Shown here piece by piece: positions 39,483 to 49,944 of a stretch of DNA of 64,000 nt (position 1 is its first letter; each line of letters opens with the position of its first letter). Origin of the DNA: Candidatus Latescibacterota bacterium. Lineage in GTDB: Bacteria > Latescibacterota > UBA2968 > UBA8231. The stretch lies in the NCBI GenBank assembly GCA_965242865.1, contig CBDETK010000013.1, positions 2,912,001 to 2,976,000 of the forward strand. The letters are read 5' to 3'. A program made the position numbers and the translations under genes. Under the pieces are notes generated by a model. The model had not been told where the DNA came from, searched no databases, and saw only the letters and a list, made by a program, of their open reading frames with translations.

Positions 39483-40553
39483 TTTGTGGGCGCGCCACAG
39501 CAGGACCAAGGCCAAGGCCGCAAACAACAAGTTGGCTATCCACGCGCCCAACCAAGGCGCGAGCAATTGATTCCAACCGAGCGCTTGGCCGGCCTTGACG
39601 CAACTGTAATAGGCAAAGCAGAACAGGCACCCCAAGCCGAAGCAGTTGGCCAGCCCAGCGCGGCGGGCGTTGGCCCCGAGGGTTGCGCCGAGGACGATGA
39701 TGATAAAACTAGTCAGGGGAAAGGATATTTTTAGGTGCAAATCCACTCGCTGGCGCGTGGCGTCCTCCCCGTTGAGCGTGGCGCGGGCGATGTAGTTGGC
39801 CAGCTCGGCGTAATTCATTTCTTCGGGGTCCTTCTGCTGGCGGGCAAAGTCGCTGGGGAGCAGCGACAAGCTCGGCAGGGACAGGGTATCAAAGGAAGAA
39901 GTCGCCACGGCTTCGCCGGCAGCAAAGCGAAAGGTCCGGCCCTTGAGGAGCACCCAAGTGCCCTCCCGCCATTCCATGCGCTCGGCCACTGCACGCTCGA
40001 GCGGAACGTAGCCGCGCAGCCGCTCCCAAGACACTTCGTCGGCGCGTTGCCGCTCGGCATCGTAGCTGCGGGCGAACACGAACTGGTTGCCCGCGTCTTG
40101 GAGCAGGACTTGGCGGCGGGAGCCATCGCTACGGTGATAGGACTTAATCTCGTTGCTGACTTGGTTGTACCGATAGGTAGCGGCCGGGACCACCCAGTCG
40201 GTAAAGAAAAAGGCCGCGACCGCAACGGCGAGCGCACACCCCCAGACCGGCGCCAGCAGGCGATACAGGCTAATGCCGGTGGCCTTCATGGCGGTGATTT
40301 CGTTTTGGCGCGCCAAGCTGGTCAGGGCAAAGAGCGCGCCGAGCAGCGCGGCGATGGGCAGCGTCAGGATGATCCAGTACGGCACCCGATAGACGTAGTA
40401 GAGCAAAATCTGCTTGGGGCGCGCCTCAAAGTCGATAAACGTGTCAATGTTTTCGATGAGGTTGATGATCACCGCAATGAGCAACAGGCTGATCACCGCG
40501 ATCCCCAGACAGGACAAAAAGCGGCGCGTCAGATAGAGGTCGAGCGTGCGCAT
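39480..40553 (-). CDS. lptG: LPS export permease LptG family
   Basis: MRTLDLY, LARQNEITAMKATGISL.RL..P, KISFP, AWIAN. Confidence 0.85.
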   Translation of the reverse strand: MRTLDLYLTRRFLSCLGIAVISLLLIAVIINLIENIDTFIDFEARPKQILLYYVYRVPYWIILTLPIAALLGALFALTSLARQNEITAMKATGISLYRLLAPVWGCALAVAVAAFFFTDWVVPAATYRYNQVSNEIKSYHRSDGSRRQVLLQDAGNQFVFARSYDAERQRADEVSWERLRGYVPLERAVAERMEWREGTWVLLKGRTFRFAAGEAVATSSFDTLSLPSLSLLPSDFARQQKDPEEMNYAELANYIARATLNGEDATRQRVDLHLKISFPLTSFIIIVLGATLGANARRAGLANCFGLGCLFCFAYYSCVKAGQALGWNQLLAPWLGAWIANLLFAALALVLLWRAHK

Positions 40554-40554
40554 C

Positions 40555-41853
40555 TCAGGTTTTTTTCGTCCCTCGGCGGCCGGTGCGGTCGTGCGCGACC
40601 ACCCGCAACAGCCCCCAGCCGGCCAAGGCGAAGACCAAATTGGGCGCCCACATCGCCAACGGCGGCGCAATGTAGCCGCGGTCGGCGAGCTCCTCGCCGC
40701 CGATGAGGAACATCCAATAGATCCAAAAGAAGAACAGGCTGATGCCGACGGAAACGGCCGCGCCGCGCCGGCGAATGAGCGCGCCCAGCGGAGCGCCGAC
40801 CAGCGCGAAAACCAAGCAGGCGGCCGGGATGGACAGCTTCTTGTGAATTTCGACCCAGTACTCGTTGATCCGCCCGGCGCGGCGGTCTATGTGCCGCCCC
40901 TGTCGGCGCAGCGCCTCGGCCGCCTGTTGCCCGGCGCGCGCGAGCTCGTCGGCCGTGGAGTCCGCAAACTGGCTTTGGTGTAGGGCGAGGTAGTGTGTGG
41001 CAATCGAATCGAGGCGGTCGTAGGCGCGGGCCTGCTCGTCGCGGCGCTCCAACACCAAGCGATGCATGGCCGCGATGTTTAGCTCGCGATCGCTGCGGTA
41101 GGACGAAGGCCGGTGTTCGTAGCGGCGGCGCTCGTCCTTAATGTGCAGCACTTGGCGGGCAAAGGTGCCGTAAAAAAAGTGCTCGGCGAGGCCGGCTTGG
41201 ACGCGCTGGACATGGCCTTCCTCCAGTTCCAAGCGGATGTACGCCCCATCGCCCAACAGCGCGATGCGCCCCCGAGGGGCGTGTAAAATCACCGGCGGCC
41301 CCGGGCGCGAAGCGTCGTAGAGTGCGATGCCGGCCAGTTCGTTGGTCTCTGGGGCGATCTTGCGGATGAGCAGGTGGTAATCGCCCAAATTCGGTATGAA
41401 GACTCCTTCCTTTTCCCGCAGTACTAAGGCCGCCTTGGTTCGCTGCAAGCTCGCCGACAGGACGCGGGCTTGGTGGTTCCAATCCGGGAGGATCTGGTCG
41501 TTAAAAAAGACCATCAGCAGCGCGAGCAGAAAAGCGGCCCCCAGCACCGGCCGCAGCAGCAGCCAAAAGCTCACCCCACAGGCTTTGGCTGCGACGATTT
41601 CCCCGTCGGCCGCGAGCCGGGCAAAGGCCATGAGCACGGCGATGAGCACGGCCATCGGCACGGCCAGCGCCACGATCCAAGCCAAGTTGAAGAGCAAAAG
41701 TTGGAGGGCGGCCGGCAGGGTCAATCCCTTGCTCAGCACTTGGTCCATCGTCTGCAACACGACGTCGATCAGCAGAATGAAGAAGATCAGCGCAAAGCCG
41801 AGCGCAAAGGGCCAGCCATGCTCTTTGAGCACGTAGCGGGACAGGGTCGTCAT
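40555..41853 (-). CDS. lptF: LPS export permease LptF family
   Basis: MTTLSRYVLKE, PMAVL...RLAADGEI.A.KACGVS, EIHKKLSIP.AC, MWAPN. Confidence 0.85.
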   Translation of the reverse strand: MTTLSRYVLKEHGWPFALGFALIFFILLIDVVLQTMDQVLSKGLTLPAALQLLLFNLAWIVALAVPMAVLIAVLMAFARLAADGEIVAAKACGVSFWLLLRPVLGAAFLLALLMVFFNDQILPDWNHQARVLSASLQRTKAALVLREKEGVFIPNLGDYHLLIRKIAPETNELAGIALYDASRPGPPVILHAPRGRIALLGDGAYIRLELEEGHVQRVQAGLAEHFFYGTFARQVLHIKDERRRYEHRPSSYRSDRELNIAAMHRLVLERRDEQARAYDRLDSIATHYLALHQSQFADSTADELARAGQQAAEALRRQGRHIDRRAGRINEYWVEIHKKLSIPAACLVFALVGAPLGALIRRRGAAVSVGISLFFFWIYWMFLIGGEELADRGYIAPPLAMWAPNLVFALAGWGLLRVVAHDRTGRRGTKKT

Positions 41854-42267
41854 GGGTCGAAAGGGATACGGGGTTGTGGCGTGCAGCACTCAGGGGCACT
41901 CGTCGCCAGCGGCGAGCACCCGGGCGAGGCACGGGCCTTAGTGCCCTTAAATATAACGACTTAGAGCATCGCTCCAAAAAGTGCGCCCGGCGCCGCGCAA
42001 CGGGAATGGTTTTTGCAAGGGCTTTCTTGAAATAATCACAGCCGTATGCTATGTTTTCAGGTGGCTGCCCGTTCCGTCTGGGCAGCATCCCCCTGTTTTG
42101 GGTTTGGAGACAGCCTATCGCGTTTAGTTAATGCAGAAGCCGTGCAACGCCTTGCTGGCCGCAGCACAAGTGAAGGCTTCTGAGTCGCTTCCGCTAAACC
42201 TCAACTGAAAGACGGCCGAGCCCCGCGCTCGCTGCTCGACGCCTCCTCCCTCCGGTCTCTCAGGAGC

Positions 42268-45200
42268 GTGGGAACACGTCAAACGATAGACGTCGATAGG
42301 TATGCACTAGAGGTGTTTCTTCGCTTTCCCGTCCAAGCGTTTTCCTCGTGGCTGTGCGTTTTCTCGCTCGCGGCAATGGCCCACGCCGAGCCTGGTCTGC
42401 ACTTTGAGCCGCTGTCCGGCCCGCTGTCCCAGCGCATTGCAGGCCCTCGCCAAGAAGCCGCCTTTAGGGCTGGACAACCGCTCTTGCCAGCCCCCAGCCG
42501 CGCACCGATTTCGTACCGAGCCGCAGTGGACTCCGCGGGCATAGCCCACTACGGCCGCCGCGTCAGCGGATTCCCCGAGGGACCCACTGTCGCCGTCGCT
42601 CTAACCGACTATCTGCACATGGAATACCAAGCCAAGCACCGCCAGCTTTGGCACCAACAAATCCGCCGCGACTTTCGCACCACCGCGTCCGAGCAGCGCC
42701 GGCGCAGGGGCAGCCGCTTTGAGTGGACCGTGCCCTTTTCCACGCCCAAGCCCCTGCGCCGCTTTATCGGCGACCAAGGCCCCAGTCTGGCGCTCAATGG
42801 CTCGCGCACCATCATCATCTCGGGCAAGAGCGAGTGGACCGATGGCGAGGTGCAGACCTCGTTTGGGCGGAGCTCGAGGTTCCCCTCGCTGGGCATCGAA
42901 CAGGAGTCTGATTTTACGGTGGAGGGCAAAGTCGGCGAACTGATCAACATACGCATTGACCAAGACACCCAAAATTTAGGCTCGGCGCTTGGCTCCAATT
43001 TGGGGGATCAGCTGTCCAATCAGATCAAGCTCGACTACGACGGCGAGGAGGACTCCATCTTCCAAGAGGTGCAGGCCGGCAACACCACCTTAGAGCTGCC
43101 CAACACGCGCTTTGTCGGCTTCCGGCAGAAGAACAAGGGCCTGTTCGGCATCCGCGCGAAGGGGCACATCGGGCCGCTGGCCTTTACGACGGTGGCCAGC
43201 CACGAAAAGAGCAAGTCCAATCGCCAGACCTTCAAGGGCGGAGCGGCCATCGATACCCTCCAGCTCAAAGACTACCAATACATCCGCAACACGTACTTCT
43301 TCTTGCACGAGTTCTACCGCGCCCACCTGCTCGACTTCCGCCGGTTGTTGGACGGAGCGCAGTTTGGGGCGGAAAACTTCGTCGATATTAGCCGCCTCGA
43401 AGTCTATATCAACGACTTCAATACCAAAAACGACGCCGAGTTGTTCGCCAAGCCCGGCACAGCTTGGGTCGATCCGTCCGATTCCCTTTCTACCATTGAG
43501 TGCTTTGACGCGGCGGGCCAGCGCTTGCGCAACAGCGGCTGCTTTGAGGAGGGAACTTGGCACCGGCTCGACCCGGACGACGATTATGCGGTCGTGGCTG
43601 AAGCGGGTTACATCATCCTCAACCGACCCGTGCTCAACTCCTACGCCATGGCCGTGTACTTCAAAACCCGGGCACCGGACTTCGACGGCGCGCTCCAACA
43701 CGAGACCACTCGGCTCAAAACCAGCGCCGAAGCCGATTCCTTGCACCTCAAGCTGATCAAAGCCCGCAACGCCCGCCCGGGGTTTCCCACTTGGAACCTA
43801 GAGTGGAAAAACGTGTATCGCATTGCCTCGGGTTTTTCCACTGGCCGCCGCTTTGACCCCAAGACGTTGCAGGTCGATATCGCCAAGGAAGTGCCCGGTC
43901 AAGAGGACCAACTCTCGCAAAAGGGCCGCTCGTACTTGCAGGTCTTGGGCTTGGACGAGCGCGGCAAAGACCCGGGCAGCGCGCCTGACCGCGTCATCGA
44001 CGCCGATTACATCGGGCTGGACGACCTCCGCGGGCACTTGATTTTCCCGGACCAGCGGCCCTTTGATCCGCGCTCCGACCGGTACCGTGGCCAACTCGCT
44101 GAACCCGGCCCGGCCATCTACGACGAGCAGCAGCAGCGCGCCCAGATCGAGGCCAGCCGCTACAAAATCCTCGTCCGCGCGGCCTCCTCCGAGCAGCGCA
44201 TTCGGCTGGGCGGCCTCTTCGGCAGCGTCCGCTCCGAGACCGTGGAAGTCCAGCTAAATGGCCGCCCCCTGACGCGAGACGCGGACTACCGAGTCGATAT
44301 GATGGGCAGCGTGACGTTTGTCGGCTCGATTGCTCAGGAAGTGGCCGACCCCGGCGCCGACTTGGAAATCTCCTTTGAGTCCGCGGACCTGTTCAATATC
44401 GGCAGTCAGCAAAAAACGCTGTTGGGGCTGCGCACCGAGTACGAGTTCTGGGGGGGCGACGGGCGAGTGGGCAGCACCATGATTTACAACAACGAGCGGT
44501 CGAGCGATCGCCGGGTGCGGGTGGGCAACGAGCCTAAGCGCACGGTGATATGGAACTTTGACTTGCGCGCCCGGCGCGAGGTGCCGGCCCTCACCCGCGC
44601 TGTCGATATGCTGCCGCTGATCAAGACAGCGGTCCCCTCCGAAGTGACCTTAGACGCCGAAGTCGCGCAAAGCCGCCCCAATCTCAACACCAAGGGGCGC
44701 GGCTACATAGACGACTTTGAAGACAGCGAGCGGCCCATCTCCCTGTTCCTCAACCGCATGCGCTGGGCCCCGGCCAGCACGCCGGTGGGCGGGCGCTTGG
44801 GCGCGGAAAATCGCGCGTCCTTCCTCTGGTACAATCCCTACGACGGGGCCTTGCGCACCGACATTTGGCCCAACCAAGAAGAGCAGATCGACGCCCAAAA
44901 CCGCCGCACCGACATCCTGTCGCTCGCGCTGACGCCGCGGCTCGAAGCCCCGGAGTCTTGGGGGGGAATCACCCTCGCCTTTTCGGCCGTCAACGACTTT
45001 TCTGAGTCCAAGTTCCTAGAGGTCTGGGTCCGCGGCCGGGAGGGCATCTTGCACGTGAACTTGGGCGACCAAATCAACGAGGATTACATCGCCAACGGCC
45101 GCCTCGATACCGAAGACGAGCCGTTTCCCGGGCAAGCGGCCGGCGATGGGTTGGTGGAGCGGGAAGAGGATGTGGGCATTGACGGCCGCGACGACGAGGC

Positions 45201-48200
45201 CGAGTTGAACTTCTACCTGCGGCTGCAGGACGCCACGTTCGACACCACTCGCTCCCTAGCCGAGCGGAAGCAGGCATTTGCCGCGCTCTATCCAGACGCC
45301 GATCCCCTGCGCCCCAACCGCTCGCCCGACGATCCCGAAGGGGACAACTGGCAATACGACGCCCAGCGCGACAAGCACGATTACAGCCGCATCAACGGAA
45401 CCGAGAACAACAAAAAAGACCCCGAAAGCGGCGACCGCCCGGACACGGAAGACCTCAATGACAACGGCGTGCTCGACCGGCGCAACAGTTACTACCACTA
45501 CGAGCTCGATTTGTCCGCGAGCCACTACGAGGTCGCCGGCACCGAAAACAAGGGCTGGCGTCAGCTCCGAGTGCCCCTGTTCGGCCCCCAGGTCGAGCGC
45601 GTAGGCTCGCCCGACTCCACCCGCATTGAATACGCCCGCCTGATGCTTTCGAGCGCACCGCAGCCGGAGGCCGATCAGCCCGTGCGAGCCGATATCGCCC
45701 TCGTGGAGATCGTGGGCAACAAGTGGCAGGAAGACGAATTGGTGCGGCTCGACGCGCGCTTCCCGGTTGGCGAGCGCGAGACGCTCGACGTCACGGTCAT
45801 TGGCACCGACAAGAGCCAGAGTTACCGGCCCCCGCCCGGCGTGAAGATCCGCCGCAACGTGCAGTCGCGCACCCGCGAACGCGAGCAATCCCTCGTGCTG
45901 GCCTACGAAAACCTAGAGCCGGGCCACCAGATGTCGGCGACTAGGATTTTGACCCGACCGGCCAATTACACCAACTACGAGCGGCTGCGCATGTACGTCT
46001 ATGGCGATTCGAGCGGGACGGTTGAATACGCCCGCGGCGATTCGAGCGACTTGGTGCTCTTCGTGCGCTTTGGCGTGGATTCGACCAATTACTACGAGAC
46101 CATCAGCCCCATCTTCCCGGGTTGGGAAGGCGGGCGCAAGGGCTGGAAGGGCAATCAAGTCGATGTGGACCTGCCGGTCATTTCCCAGCTCAAGGCCCTG
46201 CTGCAATCGGGACAAGCCGATACCACCACGGGCGAGTTCTACTACACCTATCGGGTGCTCGACCCGCACGAGGCCCCGCTAGACGGCAAGACCCTGATCG
46301 CGCAACGCGAGTTGGAAGCGTTGCGTGCGGCCGGCTACGACCCCCACGTCGAGCGCTTTTCCCTAGACCAAGTCTTTGCGCGGTCGGGCCGGCGCAGCGG
46401 CGAGGAAGCCATTTACCGGGTGCGCGGCAACCCGTCGATGCAGTCGATCAAACAACTGAGCATCGGCCTGCGCAACCGGGCTGCAAACCGCGCGTACAGC
46501 GGCCGGGTCTTGCTCGACGAGCTTCGCCTCGACGAGGCGCGCAACGACCCCGGGCTGGCCGCATACACCCATCTCAACGCCAAGCTGGCCGACTTTGCCA
46601 CCGTCGGCGGCAACGTGCTGTGGCGGCAGGAGAATTTCCGCAGCTTTAGCGGCCAAGGCGGCAACAGCACGGACCGCGAAGCCGCGCTCGCGGTCTCGAC
46701 CAACGCGCAAAAGCTCCTGCCGAGCAGCTGGGGGTTTTTGATCCCGCTCAAGGTAAATCTCAGCCGCACGACCAGCTTGCCGCGCTTCGGCCCCGGCTCG
46801 GACGTGGAGCTGACTCCCGAAGAGAAGCTCGAGCAACAGGCCGTGCGCTCCAAGGAGCTCTACGACGTCTCGATCAGCCGGCGGCCGGGCAAAAACGTCC
46901 TCTTGCGCTGGACTCTCGACCAGATGAATCTGCGGCTGTCTCACTCGCGCGAACACAGCTCGGACCCGGTGCGCCCGATCAACGAGCGCGAAGCCCAGAC
47001 GATGAGCTTCAACTACAGCATGCCGCTGCCCAAGCCGGGGCTGCGGATCATGGGCTGGCTCCCGACGTTCATGCCCAAGAGCTGGACGCGGCTGGAGTTT
47101 CGCCCGCTGCCTACGAGCCTGACCTACTCGTTCAACGGCCGCCGGAACATCTCGCGGTTGCTGCGCCGCGGCGACGACGATCCGACCGAGCAAGAGGACT
47201 TTACGCTCGTGGAAACCTACGCCTCTAAGCTCAATCCGCTCTCCGGGCTGTCGGCCAACTACAACCTCAAAATTGACCGCGACTTGCGGAAAAAGTTCGC
47301 CCTCGCCCAGCGGAGCTTTGGGCGCGAGGTCGGGCGGCGGCAAACGGCCGACCTCGGCTTGTCGCTGCGCCTGATCTCGTGGCTGGACCAAAACTACACC
47401 TTCAAGGCCAATTACGAGGAGCAGAACGACCCGGCACAGCGGCGCGGGGTGGCCCCCATTGATTCGATTAGCGGCCGGCCGTTTAAGACTCTCGAAATCC
47501 GCAACCAGAACGACCTGTCCGTCCGCCTCAATCTCAAAATCCCGACCCTGCTCAAAAACTTGGGCAAGGCCAAGCGCCGCGACGACCGGGACCGCGAGCG
47601 GAAGCGAGACGCCGGCGAGTCAAGCGCCAAGGGCGACCCAGCCGAGCAGCAGAAAAGCCAAGTGCCGCAAGGTCCCAACATGTTTCGCCGCCTCGCCGGG
47701 TGGACGGGCCGCCTCGTCGAGCCGGTCAATGCCAGTTGGCGGCGCAACATCAACTCGCGCCACTTCAACTTGCTGCACCGGCCCTCGCTCGCCTACCAAC
47801 TCGGCCTTGCGGACACCCTGCGGGTGCGGCAGGTGACCCAAGGGCTGACCCACCAAGACAATTGGTCGCACACGGCCTCGTTTGAGGCCGGCTCGGGGAT
47901 GCGGTTGCCCTTTGGCATTAGCGTCAAGGTCAACTCCAAGGATCAGACCACCAAGCGCAGCGGGGCTTCGCAGCAACGGCGGCGGTTGCGCAACGAGCGG
48001 ACCTACCCGCGCATAAACCTGAGCTGGGGGCGCGCCGACCGAATTCCCCTGATAAAGCGCGTGATCAACAGCGCGCAGGTAAACGCGAGTTTCGAGACCG
48101 TAGAGGCCAGCGAGGGCGAGGGCCGCCTCGCGCCCGGGCACCTGCTCTCTGAGGAGACCAAGACCGAGTTTAGGGCGTCGTGGAACGGTCGTTGGCGCTG

Positions 48201-48636
48201 GGGCCCGACCACGACCATTGAGCGCGTGATCTCTTTCTCGGAGAGCCGAGATTTTGACGAACCCACGGCCGAGGGCGACGGCACCCAATCCCTGCGCGGC
48301 ACCCGCGACCGGGTGCGCACGACCACCACGTTCAAGATCACGCACACCCTCAAGCCGCGGCGGCTGCCCTTGATCGGCCGGCTCAAAAGCGATGTCACGC
48401 TCACCTTGGAACAAAAATTTGAAAACGAGGTGCGCTCCATTGCCACGGGGGCCGAAGACCGCATTCCCAACGCCAAAAAGAACACTTGGCGCACGCAGTT
48501 GACCACGACCTATAACTTCAGCTCAAACTTCCGCGGCGAGGGGCGAATTCGCATTGAGAACGACAAAGACCACATCCGAGACAAGACGCGGAAGATCCGC
48601 GAGGTGCGGCTTTCGGGCACGTTCTTCCTCCGCTGA
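42268..48636 (+). CDS. sprA: SprA-family giant outer-membrane protein (T9SS translocon homolog)
   Basis: 2122 aa; KLDYDGEEDSIFQEVQAGN, GLFGI, SRPN....GYIDDFE, PDTEDLNDNG.LD, DELRL; beta-strand-rich C-terminus. Start uncertain. Confidence 0.82.
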   Translation: MGTRQTIDVDRYALEVFLRFPVQAFSSWLCVFSLAAMAHAEPGLHFEPLSGPLSQRIAGPRQEAAFRAGQPLLPAPSRAPISYRAAVDSAGIAHYGRRVSGFPEGPTVAVALTDYLHMEYQAKHRQLWHQQIRRDFRTTASEQRRRRGSRFEWTVPFSTPKPLRRFIGDQGPSLALNGSRTIIISGKSEWTDGEVQTSFGRSSRFPSLGIEQESDFTVEGKVGELINIRIDQDTQNLGSALGSNLGDQLSNQIKLDYDGEEDSIFQEVQAGNTTLELPNTRFVGFRQKNKGLFGIRAKGHIGPLAFTTVASHEKSKSNRQTFKGGAAIDTLQLKDYQYIRNTYFFLHEFYRAHLLDFRRLLDGAQFGAENFVDISRLEVYINDFNTKNDAELFAKPGTAWVDPSDSLSTIECFDAAGQRLRNSGCFEEGTWHRLDPDDDYAVVAEAGYIILNRPVLNSYAMAVYFKTRAPDFDGALQHETTRLKTSAEADSLHLKLIKARNARPGFPTWNLEWKNVYRIASGFSTGRRFDPKTLQVDIAKEVPGQEDQLSQKGRSYLQVLGLDERGKDPGSAPDRVIDADYIGLDDLRGHLIFPDQRPFDPRSDRYRGQLAEPGPAIYDEQQQRAQIEASRYKILVRAASSEQRIRLGGLFGSVRSETVEVQLNGRPLTRDADYRVDMMGSVTFVGSIAQEVADPGADLEISFESADLFNIGSQQKTLLGLRTEYEFWGGDGRVGSTMIYNNERSSDRRVRVGNEPKRTVIWNFDLRARREVPALTRAVDMLPLIKTAVPSEVTLDAEVAQSRPNLNTKGRGYIDDFEDSERPISLFLNRMRWAPASTPVGGRLGAENRASFLWYNPYDGALRTDIWPNQEEQIDAQNRRTDILSLALTPRLEAPESWGGITLAFSAVNDFSESKFLEVWVRGREGILHVNLGDQINEDYIANGRLDTEDEPFPGQAAGDGLVEREEDVGIDGRDDEAELNFYLRLQDATFDTTRSLAERKQAFAALYPDADPLRPNRSPDDPEGDNWQYDAQRDKHDYSRINGTENNKKDPESGDRPDTEDLNDNGVLDRRNSYYHYELDLSASHYEVAGTENKGWRQLRVPLFGPQVERVGSPDSTRIEYARLMLSSAPQPEADQPVRADIALVEIVGNKWQEDELVRLDARFPVGERETLDVTVIGTDKSQSYRPPPGVKIRRNVQSRTREREQSLVLAYENLEPGHQMSATRILTRPANYTNYERLRMYVYGDSSGTVEYARGDSSDLVLFVRFGVDSTNYYETISPIFPGWEGGRKGWKGNQVDVDLPVISQLKALLQSGQADTTTGEFYYTYRVLDPHEAPLDGKTLIAQRELEALRAAGYDPHVERFSLDQVFARSGRRSGEEAIYRVRGNPSMQSIKQLSIGLRNRAANRAYSGRVLLDELRLDEARNDPGLAAYTHLNAKLADFATVGGNVLWRQENFRSFSGQGGNSTDREAALAVSTNAQKLLPSSWGFLIPLKVNLSRTTSLPRFGPGSDVELTPEEKLEQQAVRSKELYDVSISRRPGKNVLLRWTLDQMNLRLSHSREHSSDPVRPINEREAQTMSFNYSMPLPKPGLRIMGWLPTFMPKSWTRLEFRPLPTSLTYSFNGRRNISRLLRRGDDDPTEQEDFTLVETYASKLNPLSGLSANYNLKIDRDLRKKFALAQRSFGREVGRRQTADLGLSLRLISWLDQNYTFKANYEEQNDPAQRRGVAPIDSISGRPFKTLEIRNQNDLSVRLNLKIPTLLKNLGKAKRRDDRDRERKRDAGESSAKGDPAEQQKSQVPQGPNMFRRLAGWTGRLVEPVNASWRRNINSRHFNLLHRPSLAYQLGLADTLRVRQVTQGLTHQDNWSHTASFEAGSGMRLPFGISVKVNSKDQTTKRSGASQQRRRLRNERTYPRINLSWGRADRIPLIKRVINSAQVNASFETVEASEGEGRLAPGHLLSEETKTEFRASWNGRWRWGPTTTIERVISFSESRDFDEPTAEGDGTQSLRGTRDRVRTTTTFKITHTLKPRRLPLIGRLKSDVTLTLEQKFENEVRSIATGAEDRIPNAKKNTWRTQLTTTYNFSSNFRGEGRIRIENDKDHIRDKTRKIREVRLSGTFFLR

Positions 48637-48668
48637 GCATTGCTCGGCGCGGCTACGGGAGATATGTT

Positions 48669-49034
48669 TTGTTTAATCAACGCGAGCAACGCGCACTCAT
48701 CGGCCTGACAGCGGCCCTGCTCGTAGGGATGCTCGTGGCCGTAAGCGATTGGTTTTACCCATCGCACTCAGAGGAATTTAGCGTCGTGCCGCGCGCGGTC
48801 GCTCCGCCGCCACCGCTGGCCGTAGTCAAAGCCGAGCAAGGGCCGCTGGCGCTCAATTCGGCTACGGCCGCCGAGCTCGTCGCGTTGCCAGCAATCGGCC
48901 CCAAGATCGCCGAGCGGATCGTCGCCTTCCGCCGCACCCACGGGCCGTTCAAGCGGCTGGAGCAACTGACCCAAGTCCATGGCATCGGCACTAAAACGCT
49001 AGAAAAACTTCGTCCTTTGCTCATCGTGGAGTAA
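48669..49034 (+). CDS. comEA: ComEA-like helix-hairpin-helix DNA-binding protein
   Basis: N-terminal TM helix; LNSATAAEL.ALP.IGP..AERIV.FR..HGPF...EQL..V.GIG.KTLEKL. Confidence 0.88.
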   Translation: MFNQREQRALIGLTAALLVGMLVAVSDWFYPSHSEEFSVVPRAVAPPPPLAVVKAEQGPLALNSATAAELVALPAIGPKIAERIVAFRRTHGPFKRLEQLTQVHGIGTKTLEKLRPLLIVE

Positions 49035-49038
49035 GGGA

Positions 49039-49944
49039 ATGTTTCGCAGGAAGAGGTTGGGATTGTTTGGCAGAACAAAGGCCACCGGGATTCACATCAG
49101 CGGTCAAACCGTGCGCGTCGCCGCCTTAGACGCTGGACGCACCGGCGTCCGGCCGCTGGTCTTGGCAACCGACGAGCTGGAGCGGCCCTTTGACCCGGTA
49201 GCTCTGACCAACGAGCGTCAGCGACGCGGGCTCGCCGCCCAGCTAGCCAAGCTGGCGAAGGATTACGATTTTGATTACAGCAATACCTGTTTTTCGCTGG
49301 ACCGGCGCGTGGGCTTCATTCAGCGGCGGCCCCTCGCGGCGGAATCCGAGCGAGAAAACCGCGACCAGCTCTCCTGGGAGGCCGAGCAGATTTTGGCCGG
49401 AGAAGCAACCGCGTTTAGCTGCGATTTTGCGCTGACCTCGCAGTGGGGGTTTGTGGCCGCAGCGCGCCACCGCGCCCTCAACTGCTACCGCGCCCTAGGC
49501 CGGGCGGCCGGGGTCCAGCGGTTCGATGTGGATTTGGCGCCCTTTTCGCTGTACAACGCCAGCGAACGCGCCAACCTGCTCGCCAAAGATAAGTTTTCGC
49601 TCCTGCTTTATGCCGATCTGGGCGAGGCTTGGCTCCTGCTGACAGAGGAAGGCGAGTTGTCCGCCATGACCAGTTGCGTATGGGAGGGCAACGACGCCGC
49701 GCCCAAAGCCTTAAAGGGCGCGGCGCACGAGCTGCTCGGCGACAAGAGCAGCAGCGTCCGACGCCTGTGGGGGGCCGGTGTTGTGTATTGGAGCAAGGGC
49801 TTGGCCGAGCATTTGCGGGTGCCGCATTCAGTCCTCGATCCGCTCGCCGCGGTCAATCCCAAGTTGCTCGACGATGCCACGTCCGCCCAGCGATCCGCGT
49901 ATGCCATTGCCGTCGGGCTGGCGCAGCGGGGGTTGGCGCGATGA
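49039..49944 (+). CDS. PilM-like actin-fold protein (divergent)
   Basis: TGIHISGQTVRVA N-terminus, WEAEQ, D..PF.L.NA, C-terminal YAIAVGLA.RG. Confidence 0.6.
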   Translation: MFRRKRLGLFGRTKATGIHISGQTVRVAALDAGRTGVRPLVLATDELERPFDPVALTNERQRRGLAAQLAKLAKDYDFDYSNTCFSLDRRVGFIQRRPLAAESERENRDQLSWEAEQILAGEATAFSCDFALTSQWGFVAAARHRALNCYRALGRAAGVQRFDVDLAPFSLYNASERANLLAKDKFSLLLYADLGEAWLLLTEEGELSAMTSCVWEGNDAAPKALKGAAHELLGDKSSSVRRLWGAGVVYWSKGLAEHLRVPHSVLDPLAAVNPKLLDDATSAQRSAYAIAVGLAQRGLAR